Numbered from the stretch's first letter, positions 21,477-31,940 are shown. The stretch is 64,000 nt of DNA from Candidatus Dadabacteria bacterium (GCA_963805855.1 CAWDVW010000006.1:137693-201692), one strand, 5' to 3'. Notes: generated by a model not told the origin, from the letters alone. Translations and numbers: made by a program.

Positions 21477-22415
21477 TTGTTGTTCTGGAATATATTATTT
21501 TTGGATCATGATATGAAGTTCATGGAGCAAGAACTAATCTCTATCCCCTATGACGGGGGTAAAATAGATGCACTGCTTTACCGCAGCACGGCTGAAATGC
21601 AGGGATCCGAGAAAGAGCCAATAGTTGTTCACATCCATGGCTTCCTGGGTAATTTTTTAGATGGGAGCCAGCGCTTCTTACCGCCGATCCTTGCTAGGGC
21701 TGGTTTTTCTTCAATATCTGTCAATACGAGAATGGCGAATTTTGGCCTATTTTTTGGTTACGGACTGCTTGATGATACCATACCCCAAATAGATCGAGTT
21801 GTAATATATTTAAAGGAACTTGGTTACACCAAAATCATCTTATCGGGATATAGTCTCGGGACCAGCATTGTTCTTAGATACGCTTCTATAAGAAATGATC
21901 CATCAATATACCCTTCTTTAAAAGGTGTTGTCTCACTTGCAACACCTTACTCTATGCCTAATTCAATCCGTCGTCGTTGGGATAGATGGGGTAGTAAGCC
22001 TGCATATCAACAAGTGTATGAGGAGGCTAAAGAGATACTGAAGCCTGATCCATACCATTCGACTGAGGACCGTACTATTCTCATATATAGGGCGAGAGGG
22101 GATTCATACAGGCCCGAGCATACAGAGATCTATACTTACAAGACTTGGTGGTTTCTAGCTGGACCGGAAGCCGAAACTGCTCAAGCATATAAGAAAATGG
22201 AGAGGATAAAGATCCCAATACTTCTAATTCAAGGCTGGTATGACGACGTAGTTAACCCGCAAGAGTGCTATGATTTGGCCCGCGTTGCCCTGAACGCGGG
22301 AAACGAAGATGTCTCCGCATTATACGTGAACGCGGGTCACACTTTTGAGGGAAAAGAGGAGGAGCTGGGGGATATTATCATTAGATGGCTTAACAGAAGA
22401 TTTAGAAATATTTAA
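21477..22415 (+). CDS. Alpha/beta-hydrolase fold protein
   Basis: Nucleophile elbow GYSLG, HGF oxyanion region. Confidence 0.7.
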   Translation: MLFWNILFLDHDMKFMEQELISIPYDGGKIDALLYRSTAEMQGSEKEPIVVHIHGFLGNFLDGSQRFLPPILARAGFSSISVNTRMANFGLFFGYGLLDDTIPQIDRVVIYLKELGYTKIILSGYSLGTSIVLRYASIRNDPSIYPSLKGVVSLATPYSMPNSIRRRWDRWGSKPAYQQVYEEAKEILKPDPYHSTEDRTILIYRARGDSYRPEHTEIYTYKTWWFLAGPEAETAQAYKKMERIKIPILLIQGWYDDVVNPQECYDLARVALNAGNEDVSALYVNAGHTFEGKEEELGDIIIRWLNRRFRNI

Positions 22416-22439
22416 GCTCGACCATTATCAATACTTGAT

Positions 22440-23366
22440 ATGACTGAAAGACGACGGAGTTTAATTAATTTTCACGCCCGTGACGGATTCCTAATTCATT
22501 CGCTATTGATAGCTGATCGATTCGAAAATGAAGAAGATCTCTATGAAACACCAATCGTTATACAGGTTCATGGTGTCTTAGGAAACTTTCTCGCCCGTGG
22601 CACTCCGCGGCTCCTACCCTCAGCTTTGCTGGAACGGGGTTACAGCTCGTTCGTCATTAATACACGCATGGCATTCCTAGGGCAGATCATGGGAGAAGGG
22701 ATTTTTGATGAAGCAATTTATGACATAGAAGCCTCGATTGATTATCTTACCAGGGTAGGCTATCGAAATATTTTTATCTTGGGATATAGCCTAGGAGCAA
22801 ACATAGTGGCATATTATGCTTCAGAAAGGTTTGATTCAAATGTAATGGGTTTAATCCTCGAGGGATGCGCCTATTCTCTACCCGATTCCCAGCAGAAGCG
22901 ACTTAAGAAATGGAATAGCATTCCTTCATACGACGAAGTTTATAAGAGGGCGAAGAAGATTTTGAAACCAGATCCATATAATACGAAGAATGATCAGATT
23001 TTTGTCATATATCGGGCGTGGGCGCCGTCATTCAATCCGCTGGATGCAGAACTGTTTACGTATAGGACATGGTGGTTTATGAGAGGGCCGGAGGCTTATA
23101 GTGCGAAAACATGTGATTTGATAAACAATATAAAGGTTCCGGTACTTTTTATACAGGGCGCAAATGACGATATTGTTGAAGAATGGGAGTCTAAAGAATT
23201 GGCGCGTAGGGTTTATGAATCAGGTAATAATAATGTTACATTAAGATATATAACTAATGCCAAACATGACTGTATGGAGAATCCGGACGAAACTATCGAC
23301 ACGATCGTTGAGTGGATTGCGAAAATGGGGAAAAAGCCCCTACCTGTTTCCAAAGCCAAGAGTTGA
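22440..23366 (+). CDS. Alpha/beta-hydrolase fold protein, tandem paralog of 21477-22415
   Basis: Same architecture, GYSLGANIV, collinear similarity to upstream gene. Confidence 0.7.
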   Translation: MTERRRSLINFHARDGFLIHSLLIADRFENEEDLYETPIVIQVHGVLGNFLARGTPRLLPSALLERGYSSFVINTRMAFLGQIMGEGIFDEAIYDIEASIDYLTRVGYRNIFILGYSLGANIVAYYASERFDSNVMGLILEGCAYSLPDSQQKRLKKWNSIPSYDEVYKRAKKILKPDPYNTKNDQIFVIYRAWAPSFNPLDAELFTYRTWWFMRGPEAYSAKTCDLINNIKVPVLFIQGANDDIVEEWESKELARRVYESGNNNVTLRYITNAKHDCMENPDETIDTIVEWIAKMGKKPLPVSKAKS

Positions 23367-23411
23367 ATTTTTACTTACTTTTATTGATCTCAGAAGATAA
23401 ATTAAGCGGAG

Positions 23412-23729
23412 GTGAATATTATGTTTTATTTCGTATACTTTGACCCGAAGGAAGGTGTTAGGAGAGACAATATAGTGAAAGCCTATAGTAAGTATGCCGA
23501 ATACTTTAGAAACAAAGTACCACGATTTAATTATATAGGACTTTATGGACGAAATGCACTACTCGGATCAAGGCCACACTATGTGGCGATTTGGGAATTT
23601 TCAAATTACTCAGATCTCGATGAATGGAACAGGGTCTTTGGAGGCGATAAAAAGGGGCAGAGGCTAGCCAGGGATTTACGTGATTTGACTATCGATTGGG
23701 AAGCGAAGATTATGTCAAAGTTGGCATGA
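23412..23729 (+). CDS. Hypothetical small protein (possibly dimeric alpha/beta-barrel-like)
   Basis: ORF with GGAGG RBS; an ATG at 23421 may be the true start. Confidence 0.45.
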   Translation: MNIMFYFVYFDPKEGVRRDNIVKAYSKYAEYFRNKVPRFNYIGLYGRNALLGSRPHYVAIWEFSNYSDLDEWNRVFGGDKKGQRLARDLRDLTIDWEAKIMSKLA

Positions 23730-23806
23730 TAGTCACCTATATTCTAATTTCATTTTCTATTTAGCAATTCTCGGGTGAGGCGATAGATTCTCGATCGGAA
23801 TGACAT

Positions 23807-24256
23807 ATGCGTAAACTTATATCAGCCTTGTTTATTTTTTTAGTTTTATCATCCAACGGTGGGTCCGTCGAACCTTCAAATAAGAATCCAATGATCCAAC
23901 ATCCGGAGTGGTACATTAAGATTTTAGATTGGTCTTTTTATGTCGCTTGGGGTGGAGTAGCAATCATACAAAATGTAGCAATCGAGAACACTAGTAGTGT
24001 TGGATACCAAGACATAAAAGTGAGGGTAAATTATTATTCTACAACGGGCTCGAATTATGGTATCCAAGTTGGGCAGGAGATTGGGTTTTTACCCGTAACA
24101 CTGCCTCCAAAAAGCAAAAAACATTTATCTAAAAGATGGCGCAATATTAGGACTCGGCTCCACAAATTTAAGAGCCGGAGCTATCGAGGTTTTAAGTGCG
24201 GTTCCTTTGATTCAGTAAAATCAGATGTTCAGAGTAGATGTTTGATACTCGTGTAG
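23807..24256 (+). CDS. Small secreted protein, paralog family (member 1)
   Basis: Signal peptide; shares HPEWYIK--DWSF--AWGGVA-I-NV-IENT---Y-DI---NYYST block with 34131-34586. Confidence 0.55.
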   Translation: MRKLISALFIFLVLSSNGGSVEPSNKNPMIQHPEWYIKILDWSFYVAWGGVAIIQNVAIENTSSVGYQDIKVRVNYYSTTGSNYGIQVGQEIGFLPVTLPPKSKKHLSKRWRNIRTRLHKFKSRSYRGFKCGSFDSVKSDVQSRCLILV

Positions 24257-24303
24257 ACAGCAAAAAGAGGTGTCTCTAAAGATGAAAAAGAGGAGGGGTC
24301 CGG

Positions 24304-26133
24304 ATGGATATCCCAAATTATGTAGAAAATCGAAAGCTTCAAAATTGGATTCACGAAATGGTCGCTCTGTGCCAACCGGGCAAAATTCACTGGTGCGACG
24401 GTTCAAATCAGGAGTATGATGCCATGTTCGATTCGATGGTAGAGTCAGGGACGGCCGTCAGGCTGGCTGAAGAGAAAAGGCCCAACAGTTACTTGGTAAG
24501 GTCTGACCCGAGTGATGTGGCTCGCGTAGAAGGGCGAACGTTTATTTGCAGTAAAAGCAAGAGTGATGCGGGTCCTACAAACAACTGGATGGATCCGAAG
24601 GAGATGAAAAAAACTCTGCTCGATCTGTTTGACGGTTCCATGCAGGGTCGAACAATGTACGTCATTCCTTTCAGTATGGGGCCTTTGGGCTCGCCAATTG
24701 CCCGTATCGGTGTGCAGATTAGTGATTCACCTTACGTCGTTGCTAACATGCGCATCATGACGCGCATGGGAAAACCAGCACTTGATATACTTGCGGATGA
24801 AGAATTTGTACCATGTATCCACTCAGTTGGCATGCCGCTAAACAATGGTCAGAATGACGTGCCCTGGCCATGCAACACGACAAAGTATATCGTGCATTTC
24901 CCCGAAGAACGCTCTATCTGGTCGTATGGGAGCGGTTATGGTGGAAATGCACTTTTAGGGAAGAAATGTTTAGCACTGAGAATAGCCTCTATTCTTGCCA
25001 GAGACGAGGGTTGGTTAGCGGAGCACATGCTCATTTTGGGAGTAGAATCTCCTGAAGGAGATAAGACATACGTGACGGCTGCATTTCCCAGTGCATGTGG
25101 CAAGACCAACTTCGCCATGCTAATTCCTCCTCCAGCATTTGAGGGATGGAAAGTGACCACTGTAGGGGATGACATAGCATGGATAAAGCCGGGCGGTGAC
25201 GGATATCTCTATGCGATAAATCCAGAGTTTGGATACTTTGGAGTAGCCCCCGGCACTTCCGAAAAATCGAATCCGAATGCGATGGCTGCCCTTAGCCGAA
25301 ATTCGATCTTTACAAACGTTGCGCTGACTGATGATGGTGACGTCTGGTGGGAAGATATGACCGATAATCCTCCAGACCATCTTATAGATTGGACAGGACG
25401 GGATTGGACACCTGGTTGTGGAAGACCGGCAGCTCATCCGAATGCTCGCTTCACCGCACCTGCAAGCCAAAATCCCGCCATTGATCCCGATTGGGAAAAT
25501 CCGAATGGAGTCCAAATAAAAGCAATTATCTTTGGTGGTCGGAGAAGCAAAGTGGTTCCTCTAATATATCAGTCATCCAATTGGAATTACGGGGTCTACT
25601 TGGCAGCCACGATGGGTTCCGAGACAACCGCCGCCGCTGTAGGAGCAGTTGGAGAAATCCGACGTGATCCCTTTGCGATGTTGCCCTTCTGCGGTTATCA
25701 CATGGGTGATTATTTTAACTATTGGTTGGATTTTGGAAGGAAGATTCTCAATCCGCCGCGTATTTTCGGAGTTAACTGGTTCCGCAAGGATGACGATGGT
25801 AATTTCCTCTGGCCGGGTTTTGGAGAAAACATGCGAGTATTGAAATGGGTTGTAGACCGCGCGAACGGTCGTGCTCACGGTGTTGAAAATCCTATTGGGC
25901 GGGTTCCTCGCTACGAAGATATCGACTGGCGTGGATTGAAAAACTTCAGTCGTAAGAAATTCCAGGAACTAATGGCGGTGGATCGTGATGAATGGAAAGA
26001 GGAGATTCTTTCTCACGAGGAGCTGTTTATTAAGTTATACGATAAGTTGCCGAAGGAGCTTATCTTCATCCGTGAATTGATACTGTCAAGTCTTTGGCGG
26101 TCTCCAGAAGGCTGGGATGTAGTTTCTGAATAA
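24304..26133 (+). CDS. pckG: Phosphoenolpyruvate carboxykinase (GTP)
   Basis: Kinase-1a motif [11 protein letters not shown]; 609 aa; RBS AGAGGAGG. Confidence 0.95.
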   Translation: MDIPNYVENRKLQNWIHEMVALCQPGKIHWCDGSNQEYDAMFDSMVESGTAVRLAEEKRPNSYLVRSDPSDVARVEGRTFICSKSKSDAGPTNNWMDPKEMKKTLLDLFDGSMQGRTMYVIPFSMGPLGSPIARIGVQISDSPYVVANMRIMTRMGKPALDILADEEFVPCIHSVGMPLNNGQNDVPWPCNTTKYIVHFPEERSIWSYGSGYGGNALLGKKCLALRIASILARDEGWLAEHMLILGVESPEGDKTYVTAAFPSACGKTNFAMLIPPPAFEGWKVTTVGDDIAWIKPGGDGYLYAINPEFGYFGVAPGTSEKSNPNAMAALSRNSIFTNVALTDDGDVWWEDMTDNPPDHLIDWTGRDWTPGCGRPAAHPNARFTAPASQNPAIDPDWENPNGVQIKAIIFGGRRSKVVPLIYQSSNWNYGVYLAATMGSETTAAAVGAVGEIRRDPFAMLPFCGYHMGDYFNYWLDFGRKILNPPRIFGVNWFRKDDDGNFLWPGFGENMRVLKWVVDRANGRAHGVENPIGRVPRYEDIDWRGLKNFSRKKFQELMAVDRDEWKEEILSHEELFIKLYDKLPKELIFIRELILSSLWRSPEGWDVVSE

Positions 26134-26196
26134 TCGGCGGCGGATCGGTCGTGCCGTCGCATTCTACTAACGCCCGATATGTTTCTATACCTTGTA

Positions 26197-26784
26197 TCAC
26201 GGTCTCAGATAGCCGGGGGGTACCCCCGCGCGCCGCGCTTCTTCTTGTAGCTTCTCCCTTTCGGGCTTTATAAAACCCAGTTTGAATTCGAGTTGCTTAA
26301 TCCGGTCTTCCAGATTTCTAAGCTCAAGTATTGAACGATCTGCAAAGTACCCGTTGGTAAGCATGTAATCTACTTCTCTTTTCTTATACGTGATTAGATT
26401 TCTCGTGAGCGAAATGTCTTCCAAAATCCTTTTTTCTTCGTTATCAATCTCGAGTGCGCGACTTCTCCAGTACTCTCTTATAGCTTCTTCTTCATCAATT
26501 TCTAAATCTTCTTCAACGCCGTTCAACAAATCATCAGAGGGTGTGGGGGTTGGTAGGTTAGATTTAATTCGATTTTGCGAATGTTTCTTTTTTACCTCCT
26601 CAATAATCTCGACCTCAACTCCACTATCTTTTGGAATTAGCGAGGGATTGTCTGTGAAATGGACTTTTCCCATTTCATCAGTCCATTTATAAATGTCGTT
26701 TGCGTTTGCAAGTTGAGGGACTAAACTCAGAAATAAAATTCCGCATGTTGTGGTCAGAATGTTAGGAAGGAATTTTTTGCACAT
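26197..26784 (-). CDS. DUF4124-domain secreted protein
   Basis: Signal peptide followed by IYKWTDEMGKVHFTD motif; coiled-coil C-terminus. Confidence 0.65.
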   Translation of the reverse strand: MCKKFLPNILTTTCGILFLSLVPQLANANDIYKWTDEMGKVHFTDNPSLIPKDSGVEVEIIEEVKKKHSQNRIKSNLPTPTPSDDLLNGVEEDLEIDEEEAIREYWRSRALEIDNEEKRILEDISLTRNLITYKKREVDYMLTNGYFADRSILELRNLEDRIKQLEFKLGFIKPEREKLQEEARRAGVPPGYLRP

Positions 26785-26799
26785 GCTTTAACTACCAAA

Positions 26800-27310
26800 T
26801 CGCCCGCAGCTTGCGACAGGCTTTCCGCTGTCATGGCAGTGGCACGCACCGCACAGTCATTGCTGCAGATGTTGGATATTTCGTGGACAGTATCTTAGAT
26901 TTTAAATGGGCATTCAAAAAATTGCCAAAATCAATTCCGGAAGCGTTAAAAAAAGTGACAATCATTACTGTCATCTCGAAGGAGCATAGTGACTGAGAGA
27001 ACTAATTAATTATAGCAATAGATATCTCGCATTCGCTCGATACGCAAGCGTTTTTTGTTAGCCCTTGTCCTGAGCACAGTCGAAGGGTTGTTTCTTTGTA
27101 TCAAGACAAAGAAAATAAAAGATTAAACGATGGATCCCCGATTAAAACATTCGAGGATGACGGATGAGTAAATTCCCAAGAAATTTGTCAGTTTTAGGAT
27201 TTTGTCCACGAAATATCTGACACTTACAATTGCGAGCACTTCGACCCGCCTGTGCTGAGTAAAATTGAAGTACTCAGTGCAGGCTCCGGCGAAGCAATCT
27301 GCCACATAAA
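26800..27310 (-). repeat. Noncoding repeat family 1, copy C (inverted orientation)
   Basis: Reverse complement matches copy A over about 450 bp, including both arms and the TATAAT box. Confidence 0.85.
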
Positions 27311-27486
27311 TACTATAATCGACTGAAATCCGTGCGAGACGCTCTGCCCGTGTTGAAGGAGATTGCTTTGGGACTGCCGAAGTCCCTTTGCTCCAGGGTC
27401 ATTCATTTTTTTATCGCTAATTACGATATTTAGTATAACCTGTTAGGATTTGAATGTTGGAATTCAGAGGGGGGGTTTAAAATATT

Positions 27487-27939
27487 ATGCAAATACCATA
27501 TAGGCTGCATCCATTTATTATAGTCTTTGCTCTTTTGCAATTTCCGGTTCAAGTGTGGGCAGGGGAGGGCACGATTAAAATTCCGTCCCTACTACAGATA
27601 TGTCAGGAATATTCGGACGAGCCAATGATATCCGAGGATTTGTATCAGGGTAAAATGATTGAAACATCCGTCAAGGTGGCGAGCAAACGTATTATACCAT
27701 CAGTTTGTTCTGATGCTGAACAAGGAACGTTTACCGCGGAATTTGTCGCAGACAGTTATGTTGTGCAGTGTGTTTGTAATGCTCCGCCCAACAAACAGGT
27801 TTTCGATGGGATAAACAGTGGAGATATTTTATCGATTACTGGTACTTTTAAGTCAATGACTTCTGCGTTTTTCGAGGGTGGCTTGAAGACTTGCCAGATT
27901 ACCATTTACGGATGTGCTCTTAAACTTGGGAACAGATAA
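27487..27939 (+). CDS. Secreted Cys-containing hypothetical protein
   Basis: Signal peptide; no motif. Confidence 0.45.
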   Translation: MQIPYRLHPFIIVFALLQFPVQVWAGEGTIKIPSLLQICQEYSDEPMISEDLYQGKMIETSVKVASKRIIPSVCSDAEQGTFTAEFVADSYVVQCVCNAPPNKQVFDGINSGDILSITGTFKSMTSAFFEGGLKTCQITIYGCALKLGNR

Positions 27940-27973
27940 AACGGATAGGATCTTATCGCACCAGTTTAGCTGA

Positions 27974-28654
27974 TTAGGTTTCTATAGGTTTAATACATTC
28001 AGGCACATCGTTCTTGGGTGAGTTAACTATGGTCGACACTTCATACGCTTCCATGAGGTCGGTTGGGTATGGTCCTAAGAGTGGTACTAGCTTGTCAAAA
28101 TCCGTTAGCTCGGGATCCAGCCACTTGTTTTCATCCTTTTGGCGGAGCATTACGGGCATCCTGTCGTGGATTGGCTTCATCAATTCATTTGGACCCGTTG
28201 TTATTATCGTGAATGATAGTAGTTTATCGCCATCCGGCTGTTTCCATTCATCCCATAGGCCTGCGAAGGCGAATGGCTCTTTGCTCTTGAGTCTAAAGTA
28301 TAGTGGTGTTTTTGTGCTTTTCTTTTGAGTTTTTATCCACTCATAAAATCCGCTAGCCAGTACCAAACACCTTTTTTTCTTTAAGGGATTTTTAAAGCTT
28401 GCTTTTTCTGTAATGGTTTCAGCCCTCGCATTTATCATCTTATAGCCTATTGAGGGCTCTTTCGCCCAGAAGGGTACCAATCCCCATCGCATCAATTTGA
28501 GCAGCCTGTTATCTTCTTCTACAACTACTACCGGGACATTTTGAGACGGGGCGATATTGAATCTCTTCTTGAACAGGATTCCAGCCGGGTTGGAGAAATT
28601 AAAACGGTCTTCAAATTCATCTTCTTCATTATGTTGGGTAAATCTTCCACACAT
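27974..28654 (-). CDS. yedK: SOS-response-associated peptidase (SRAP/YedK, abasic-site processing protein)
   Basis: N-terminal MCGRF (catalytic Cys2), IAPSQNVPVV, RWGLVPFWAK, SGFYEW motifs. Confidence 0.9.
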   Translation of the reverse strand: MCGRFTQHNEEDEFEDRFNFSNPAGILFKKRFNIAPSQNVPVVVVEEDNRLLKLMRWGLVPFWAKEPSIGYKMINARAETITEKASFKNPLKKKRCLVLASGFYEWIKTQKKSTKTPLYFRLKSKEPFAFAGLWDEWKQPDGDKLLSFTIITTGPNELMKPIHDRMPVMLRQKDENKWLDPELTDFDKLVPLLGPYPTDLMEAYEVSTIVNSPKNDVPECIKPIET

Positions 28655-28659
28655 GCTTG

Positions 28660-28911
28660 TTATCCTGAGCGAAAATCCATTAGTACTACTCCCTCTTCAA
28701 CATTGGCCGGTATCAGCTCTACGCATGTACATACACGTGGGTCGAGCCAAACACTACCTTCATTTCCGCCATTATCATTAGCTATTTTACGGGCCTGGAA
28801 TTCGTTCTCGGCACAGATCAGGAATCCGAAGCATTTGCCGAACCATGGATTCCAGGGGTTCTTCTCAGCGGGTAGGTTGCTATTTGGTTTCAGCAGCCAC
28901 AGTTTCTTCAA
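28660..28911 (-). CDS. Hypothetical small protein immediately upstream of yedK (likely co-transcribed)
   Basis: Stop codon 6 nt before the yedK start; Cys/Trp-containing, no known motif. Confidence 0.4.
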   Translation of the reverse strand: MKKLWLLKPNSNLPAEKNPWNPWFGKCFGFLICAENEFQARKIANDNGGNEGSVWLDPRVCTCVELIPANVEEGVVLMDFRSG

Positions 28912-29357
28912 ATCTTAGCCTCCTATGAAGGTGGTTTGGGAGATCAATATTTATCATTATCTTTAGATATGCATCATTCCTTAACGATTCTGAGTTTGAA
29001 TCATAACTTTTCCTACTTGACCGATACCCTAGCTCACATCCGGTGATAAACACCTTCAATATTTTATCCAATGTTTTAAAAGTTGAAATATGAATGCTAT
29101 CCTGGACTTAAATACATGTTTAGGATTTCTAATAGGTGAGATTTCTTCTTCTTAGTTTATACTTGTTACAAACTACGTCAATGTCGAATTGAGACTTATG
29201 GTTTTACAGCACATTTAGTAAATTATGATTTGGATGGGTGGCCTCGTTTATTGTCAGGTTGCTGTGTCGCATTCAGATAATTAGAAGAGTATTGAAATTT
29301 TATGAAATTTTAGGGTATCTATGATATTATTTGAGAAAAAAATAAAGGAGAGGGAGC

Positions 29358-29576
29358 ATGAATAAATTAGTACTGTTAGGTGTAATTTTTGCGCTGTCGC
29401 TCATCAGTTGTAATCCGGCATTAAAGAGGGCTGCTACTGATATGGAGAGTTCTAAGGAAGCTTATAAATCTTGTCTCGCGCAAAATCAGGAAGACACGTC
29501 GCGTTGTGATACTTTAAGAACAGTTTACGAAGTCGATGTTCAGAATTATAAGGTAATTCGAGACGAACTCTATTGA
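29358..29576 (+). CDS. Small lipoprotein
   Basis: Signal peptide with LISC lipobox; RBS AGGAGAGGGAG. Confidence 0.45.
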   Translation: MNKLVLLGVIFALSLISCNPALKRAATDMESSKEAYKSCLAQNQEDTSRCDTLRTVYEVDVQNYKVIRDELY

Positions 29577-30466
29577 AGAAAGAAAAAAGAAAAGGGTACC
29601 ACGCTTAATTCATCATCCTTCGGCTGTGCCCTTGGATTCAACTCAGGACAGGCTCGGCATTCACCGTTTGGACTTACATTATCGTTTTAAGTGGATGCAA
29701 CTCCGTTCAAACCGGGGTGTCGTTTTACCGGGACCACTTTTTCAGGGTTTGGGGGATCCCGCCGATCGAATGAGCATTTATAGGGACCCCGATAGGCGGG
29801 ACATTCCTGTCCCGCTAATTTGCGAGAACGAAGGGGGATTTCTATGGACGCGCCGTTAGGTGATGCTTATAGGAGATTCTCCTTGACTTTTATGTTTGAA
29901 TACCTCTATTATTATAGTATGGTAGTTACAACAAGAGCATTTCTTAAATACCTGGGCAATAGGAAATGGATAAAGTTAAGAAAGGCAGATATAGCGTTGC
30001 GTAAACCGTATCTTATTTACCTAGGAAATAGGAGATGGAAAAGAGATAAAAATATCCGTGCGTATCATTAAGCTGTTTATGTTTTAGACATGCCGGTCAC
30101 GGTTCTCCAATCTAATATCCTCTAAGAAGGAAAAGGGGACGCGGCGCTGGACAGCCTCATCTATACCATATAATTTGAGTTTCATTACATTCTAATGTCA
30201 TTACTGGCTTAGGGACAATACTAAAAATCTAATCTGAAGAATTCTAGTTGACTTTTAAATAACGTTGGCGTTATAGTTAAACGAGTAATTACAGAGGCTA
30301 AGTGGAAATGGATGGGGTAGTTTATTTATGTTATCGTTCCCCTTTGATTAAGAGTGCAGTTTCTTTGCACTTAGCCCTTCTTAATATTTTTCGGCCCGAT
30401 TTGATTTCTATGATCTCTTTTGTTACTAAAGATTCCTTAATGCGCAAATGATTTGATCGATATATT

Positions 30467-30877
30467 ATGTGCCCGTCAATCTTCTCATATTTTCTCGTCG
30501 TTATAATACTTATTTCTTCTTGCACTGAAGGTAACAACTCCACAAAAGTAAAGAAGACCCAACGGAAAATTTCATCCGGTCTCCACAGTGTTATAGAAGA
30601 GTTAGAATTAAAGCCAGAAAAAAAAGAGCAAGTGTTAACTTTTATTGACAAATCGGCTCGGATTAATGAACAGGGAGGAATACAAATTTACATCCAGTTG
30701 TACGAGATTGATGAGTCAAAACTAGAGGATCTCAAGAAGCACGGTTTAACCATTGACATATATGATAATAAGCAGAAATTGGTTCAGGGTTGGGCACTAC
30801 CCAATGATGTAAAGGCCATCAGTGAACTTCCATTTGTGAAGACAATCGATTTACCCGCATATGGAATAGCAAATTGA
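30467..30877 (+). CDS. Putative lipoprotein
   Basis: Signal peptide plus ISSC lipobox; preferred over the overlapping antisense ORF 30331-30651. Confidence 0.4.
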   Translation: MCPSIFSYFLVVIILISSCTEGNNSTKVKKTQRKISSGLHSVIEELELKPEKKEQVLTFIDKSARINEQGGIQIYIQLYEIDESKLEDLKKHGLTIDIYDNKQKLVQGWALPNDVKAISELPFVKTIDLPAYGIAN

Positions 30878-30921
30878 GGGGAGTATGGGGAAATGGTTAA
30901 ATCCATAATTCTAGTTGGAAA

Positions 30922-31940
30922 AGGGGTCAAATCTTTTGTTTATAAGTTTTGTTTATAATATCTTCGACCTTTTTTCTAAACCTTTTGTCCTTCTCCATTT
31001 TTACCCGTACCCAGTTACAAGCCCATCCTACCACCCCATAACTACTTACTCCAAACATCCCTGCTACCTCATTTAGCGTTATATCACATAACTGCTTTAC
31101 TAAATGCATCCCTACCTTCCTCGCTTCACTATCACTTCCCTTTCTCCACCGAAGCACCTCATCAACTCTTGTCCCATATGCCGTAGCCACATTACTAGCT
31201 ACCTCATTCACCGACGGCCTCAACCATACTCTCTCATGCCGAGGATGCTCTCTTCCTATCTTGCCTATCTTCTCCCTTACCCTTTCCCTAAAATCCTCTC
31301 CTCCTAATATTGGACTCTGGCGACTACGAGTATAAAACTTTTTTAACTTATCCTCATTCCCCGATAAAACAAACTCCTGAAATTCTCTAACACTACGGAA
31401 TTCCTCCAATAACTCAGTTACATTAAGCCACTGCGGTGCCTTTTTTGGTTTCAAATAGTTCTTATGGCTGCTCCACTTGTATTCGTCAGGTTCTTTAGCC
31501 AGTCCAGCCTCAATAGGATTCAAATGTATGTATCGCACTACAGCCGTCAGATATCTATCACCGTCTATCACTATTGCCTTGAATCGACCCCGAAATATGG
31601 GACCGTCTCGTCCATGCATTCTGTTAAATCTCTGTGTGTATAGACCGTCAACATGGCGCATGACACGGGAAAGATTTGCCTCCGGGGTCCTTAGGCAGAC
31701 GTGATAATGGCTACTCATCAGACAGTATGCAAAGACCTCAATACCCCAACGTTCATGGGTCTCAGCGATAGTCTTCAGAAATTCCTCGAAGTCTTTTGTC
31801 TGTATAAATATCTTCTGACGTGCGATCCCACGATTCATCACATGGTATATTGCACCCGGAAACTGAATCCGAAGCGGACGAGACATTATAGATAATTATA
31901 GGGGAATCAATTAGACTTCTAAACAAAAGATTTGACCCCT
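30922..31940 (-). mobile_element. RAYT-like Y1 (HUH) transposase unit flanked by perfect 20-bp inverted repeats
   Basis: AGGGGTCAAATCTTTTGTTT at 30922-30941 and its exact reverse complement at 31921-31940 bracket the gene. Confidence 0.75.
30927..31886 (-). CDS. REP-associated tyrosine transposase-like protein (Y1_Tnp) with C-terminal DnaA_C-like HTH domain
   Basis: HUH motif SSHYHVCL; RAYT-type YIHLNPIEAGLA...YKWSSH tyrosine region; C-terminal segment resembles the DnaA domain IV HTH. Confidence 0.8.
   Translation of the reverse strand: MSRPLRIQFPGAIYHVMNRGIARQKIFIQTKDFEEFLKTIAETHERWGIEVFAYCLMSSHYHVCLRTPEANLSRVMRHVDGLYTQRFNRMHGRDGPIFRGRFKAIVIDGDRYLTAVVRYIHLNPIEAGLAKEPDEYKWSSHKNYLKPKKAPQWLNVTELLEEFRSVREFQEFVLSGNEDKLKKFYTRSRQSPILGGEDFRERVREKIGKIGREHPRHERVWLRPSVNEVASNVATAYGTRVDEVLRWRKGSDSEARKVGMHLVKQLCDITLNEVAGMFGVSSYGVVGWACNWVRVKMEKDKRFRKKVEDIINKTYKQKI

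Noticed and set aside
26811-26996. 61-aa ORF on the + strand
   Set aside because: It is antisense to repeat copy C and is a translational shadow of a noncoding repeat.
29626-30071. Two overlapping ORFs of 77 and 83 aa
   Set aside because: They have an Arg/Gly-rich low-complexity composition typical of GC-rich noncoding DNA read in frame, with no RBS. The region is better explained as structured or repetitive noncoding DNA.
30331-30651. 106-aa minus-strand ORF overlapping the 30467-30877 lipoprotein
   Set aside because: It has no signal or motif, and the + strand ORF has a better lipoprotein signature. Only one of the two can be real.
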